A stretch of 64,000 nucleotides of DNA, from positions 62,001 to 126,000 of the forward strand of contig NW_021831846.1 of assembly GCF_006345805.1 (NCBI RefSeq), in the 5' to 3' direction. Shown in pieces: positions 63,934-64,000 of the stretch. How positions within the stretch are numbered: the stretch's first letter is position 1; each line of letters opens with the position of its first letter. Source of the stretch: Octopus sinensis. Lineage: Eukaryota. The translations under genes were made by a program, and so were the position numbers. The notes beneath the pieces were generated by a model that was not told the DNA's origin, did not search any database, and saw nothing but the letters and a program-made list of their open reading frames with translations.

Positions 63934-64000
63934 TCTTTATATATAAAAGTGAAGTTGTGTGTCTGTCTTCTACGATTTAGATTCCTAACTACTCCCACAT
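63934..64000 (+). mobile_element. Helitron H1 5' end (runs off the window)
   Basis: a|TCTTTATATATAAAAGTGAAGTTGTGTGTCTGTC..TACGATTTAGATTCCTAACTACTCCCACAT matches the 5' end of 8195-8617. Confidence 0.85.

Overview
Eukaryotic, AT-rich, repeat-dominated genomic DNA. The SINE, MITE and microsatellite landscape is the one I associate with Octopus (coleoid cephalopod) genomes; that is an inference from recalled repeat sequences, not a database result. I find no intact protein-coding gene, and no ORF in the supplied track is a credible host protein (they translate microsatellites, SINEs or decayed transposons). The window holds about 15 well-preserved copies of a ~380-bp tRNA-headed SINE (family A), about 12 copies of a ~220-bp SINE (family B), about 12 copies of a (GAT)n-tailed SINE (family C), and smaller families. 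It also holds a six-copy ~400-bp MITE with 8-bp TSDs, three non-autonomous Helitrons, two mariner remnants, three LINE RT C-terminal remnants, hAT-, piggyBac- and Kolobok-like MITEs, and many micro- and minisatellites. Four CpG-rich, promoter-like zones (~3.7-4.2, 12.0-13.5, 16.0-16.1 and 43.7-47.1 kb) carry consensus splice donors and probably mark non-coding first exons of gene(s) whose coding exons I cannot locate. The most notable structure is the repeated conversion of SINE segments into tandem arrays (32 bp x8, 67 bp x9, 166 bp x6), plus a SINE-B head-to-tail dimer that lies inside a single TSD pair. I do not see a clearly new biological system. Coordinates were counted by hand and may be off by a few bases.
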